Made by a program: the position numbers and the translations under genes. The notes under the pieces are model-generated. The model had not been told where the DNA came from, did not search any database, and saw nothing but the letters and a program-made list of their open reading frames with translations. Shown here piece by piece: positions 61,536-64,000 of a stretch of 64,000 nt of DNA. Source of the DNA: Phycisphaerales bacterium (GTDB lineage Bacteria; Planctomycetota; Phycisphaerae; Phycisphaerales; UBA1924). The DNA lies in assembly GCA_965227775.1 (NCBI GenBank), contig OZ245777.1, forward strand, positions 1,312,001 through 1,376,000. The letters are read 5' to 3'. Every line of letters begins with the position of its first letter. Within the stretch, counting starts at the first letter, position 1.

Positions 61536-63230
61536 TTATCCTGGGGGCTCACCCATCCAGCCCTGCGCGATGGGCATGCGTCTTCCCGGGCCGAATGCCA
61601 CGGACGTGACCTTCAGGGCCACGCCATACTGCCGGCGCTTGTACTCGTGGATCGCGATCAGCCGGCACATATGCCGCACGGTGCCCTCATCCTGTCCCGT
61701 CCGATGGGTGATCTCCGCGATCCCCAGCCGCTGCTCAACGCGCATCGCGACGATCCGGTCGAGCACCTCGTACGCCGGCAGTGTGTCATCGTCGCGCTGG
61801 TCGGGCGCCAGTTCGGCGCTCGGGGGCTTCTCGATCGTGTTCGGTGGGATCGGCGGCCGGTCGAACCCGAACGCGCCCGGATCGGCGTTCATCGCGCGCG
61901 CAAGCTCGTACACGCGCATTTTCAGGAGGTCGGCCAGCGGCGCGATCGCGCCGTTCATGTCGCCGTAGAGCGTGCAGTACCCGACCGCCAGCTCGGTCTT
62001 GTTCCCGGTCGTCACCACCAGCGCATTGAGTCGGTTGCTGAGCGCCATGATCGACGTGCCACGCAGGCGGCTCTGCAGATTCTGCTCGGTCACGTCTGGT
62101 TGTACCGCGCCGAGGCCTGGCTCACCGAGTTGCTCGAGCACACCGTCCATGGTGCCCCGGAACGCATCCATGGGATCGACGATTGGCAGCGATACGAGCC
62201 GAACGCCGAGGTTCTCTGCGAGCGCCTTCGCATCATCAAACGCGTGATCAGACGAATACGGTCCGGGCATCGCAACGCCAAGCACATTCTCCGCCCCAAG
62301 GGCCCTCACCGAAATCGCGCACGCGACTGCCGAGTCGATCCCGCCGCTCAGCCCGATGAGCACGCGCCCAAAGCCGGTCTTGCGCACATAGTCGCGCACG
62401 CCCACGGCAAGCGCCTCGCCCAATGCAACGTCTCGCCCCGCTTCGATCATTGCGTCGTGACCCTCGGGCCCACGCGCGGACAGATCGACAACCGTCGGCG
62501 ATTCGCCCATGCGCGGCCCCGCGGCGCGAAGCGTGCCGGTGGGGTCGAACACGATCGCGTGGCCATCGAAGATCAGGTCGTCGTTCGCGCCCGCCTGGTT
62601 GACGCCCAGCACCCACACGCCGTGCCGCTTGGCGTGTTCGCCCACGAGCGCGAGGTGACGCTCGTGCTTGCCTTCGACGAATGGGCTCGCCGACGGCGCC
62701 ACGATCACGCTCGCACCCGCTTCCGCGAGCGCCGCCACGTGGTCGGCCTTGTTCTCGTACCTCCAATACTGCCCGGCGTCCTCGCCCATCCACAGATCTT
62801 CGCAGATGGCAAGCCCTATTCGCTCGCCCGCGACTTCGATGACGCTCGCCGCGTCGCCGGCGACGAAGTAGCGGTCTTCATCAAACACGTCGTAGGTGGG
62901 CAGCAGACGCTTCGAGTACGTGGCCACAAGTTCACCATCACGGAGCACCAAGAGCCCGTTGCGTACGCCCTTGCCATCATGGATCGGACAGCCGACTACG
63001 ACGACCGGGCCACCAACGCTGAGCGGCGCCAATCCCAGCGCGCACTCGTAGCAGGCGTCGACAAAGCCGTGCTCGTACAGCAGGTCCCGCGGCGGATACC
63101 CGCACACCGCGAGCTCGGGTAAGACCACAAGATCGACATCGCCCGCCTCGCGAATCGCCCGCTGGATGCGTGTGATGTTGCCGCGCAGATCACCGACTGT
63201 CGGGTTGATGGGTGCCAGAGCGACGCGCAT
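61536..63230 (-). CDS. nadE: glutamine-dependent NAD+ synthetase
   Basis: PELAVCGYPP, LPTYDVFDE, ICEDLW, GLSGGIDS, TGNKTE, GYCTLYGD, PPSAEL. Confidence 0.95.
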   Translation of the reverse strand: MRVALAPINPTVGDLRGNITRIQRAIREAGDVDLVVLPELAVCGYPPRDLLYEHGFVDACYECALGLAPLSVGGPVVVVGCPIHDGKGVRNGLLVLRDGELVATYSKRLLPTYDVFDEDRYFVAGDAASVIEVAGERIGLAICEDLWMGEDAGQYWRYENKADHVAALAEAGASVIVAPSASPFVEGKHERHLALVGEHAKRHGVWVLGVNQAGANDDLIFDGHAIVFDPTGTLRAAGPRMGESPTVVDLSARGPEGHDAMIEAGRDVALGEALAVGVRDYVRKTGFGRVLIGLSGGIDSAVACAISVRALGAENVLGVAMPGPYSSDHAFDDAKALAENLGVRLVSLPIVDPMDAFRGTMDGVLEQLGEPGLGAVQPDVTEQNLQSRLRGTSIMALSNRLNALVVTTGNKTELAVGYCTLYGDMNGAIAPLADLLKMRVYELARAMNADPGAFGFDRPPIPPNTIEKPPSAELAPDQRDDDTLPAYEVLDRIVAMRVEQRLGIAEITHRTGQDEGTVRHMCRLIAIHEYKRRQYGVALKVTSVAFGPGRRMPIAQGWMGEPPG

Positions 63231-63239
63231 GTGCCGAGG

Positions 63240-64000
63240 CTACGCCCCCCGTGGGGTGCGTGTGCGATCGAGTCGGGCTCTCAGCACCCGGTCGAGCCGC
63301 AGCCACGCGATGGCCAGCCCTGCTCCGGCGATTACCACGACCAGCTCGGCGCCCGCGGTGAGAAGCGCGATGGGCGCGAAACCACGGGCGTCGAGCCCCA
63401 GTAGCTCAGCTGTCCCCATCGCCGCACCCTCGCGGAAGCCCAGCATGCCGACGGGCGAGAGCGCCCCGGCCAGGAAGTGCCCGCCCGAGATGAGAAGGCC
63501 ATCGGTGGGGGAGACGTCCGAGCCGACGAGCTCGCCCGCGACGACCCAACGCCAGGCCTGCGCGCCAAAGTCGACCCCGCGCATCGCCACGACCACCGCG
63601 AACCAGCGCCACGACGCGAGCATGTCCAGACCCATGTGCAGCTCGCGGATGACCTGCGAGCGTGCGAGCTTCAGGGCTCGCTTGCCGCCGATCCGGCCGA
63701 TCAGCCTCGTCAGCCGGCGGTGCCCGCGCTTGCCGCTCAGCCGCTCGGCGATCAAGACTGTCGCGGCCGACAGCACGATCATGAAGGCGATGGCGGCAGG
63801 CACGGTCCACGCGACCAACCAGTTCCGTAGCAGCCCCGCCACCATAAGCGACGCGCTGACGAGCACCAGCGTCGTCGTGACGGCCCCGAACCAACCGAAG
63901 ATCATCGCCATCGGCACCTTGTCGCGCCGATTATGGATCGCGATGCGAGCCAGTAAGCCGATCTTGAACGGCAAGTTCGCAAGGAATGTGGCGAGCGCGT
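63240..64000 (-). CDS. membrane protein, lysylphosphatidylglycerol synthase TM-like (partial)
   Basis: FLANLPFKIG..., multiple TM segments, SPVGMLGFREG. Confidence 0.6.
   Translation of the reverse strand, partial: ALATFLANLPFKIGLLARIAIHNRRDKVPMAMIFGWFGAVTTTLVLVSASLMVAGLLRNWLVAWTVPAAIAFMIVLSAATVLIAERLSGKRGHRRLTRLIGRIGGKRALKLARSQVIRELHMGLDMLASWRWFAVVVAMRGVDFGAQAWRWVVAGELVGSDVSPTDGLLISGGHFLAGALSPVGMLGFREGAAMGTAELLGLDARGFAPIALLTAGAELVVVIAGAGLAIAWLRLDRVLRARLDRTRTPRGA

Overview
High-GC bacterial chromosomal window. It most likely comes from a Phycisphaerales-like planctomycete; this is inferred from the C-terminal GC-ending dockerin-like tags and DUF1559-like motifs, not from a marker-gene search. 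Most of it is housekeeping: argCBFG, queG, uvrD/pcrA, rnpB, kmo, tatA, tRNA-Met, serA, gcvH, cmk-plsC, uvrA, carA, priA-class IV aminotransferase-murD, htrA, panB, nadE, ABC transporter parts and several secreted Zn-peptidases. The stand-out region is ~12.2-17.1 kb. It holds a compact three-gene CBASS anti-phage operon on the minus strand (CD-NTase, stand-alone E2-like enzyme, patatin/CapV effector, no JAB gene). Downstream of the operon is a co-oriented helical+Fn3-like gene behind a structured spacer. Upstream are a long leader, a sigma70-like promoter and an 11 x 21-bp phased tandem array whose best units carry a palindromic ACGG-N5-CCGT core (read as ANGGA-bearing hairpins on the CBASS strand). 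Other notable observations: a GAAC-N7-GAAC direct repeat in front of uvrA, a UvrA lacking its first Zn module, an active/inactive M14 peptidase pair, a triplicated DUF1559-like protein, and a metzincin lacking the Met-turn Met. All calls are by eye from motifs; no database searches were run.
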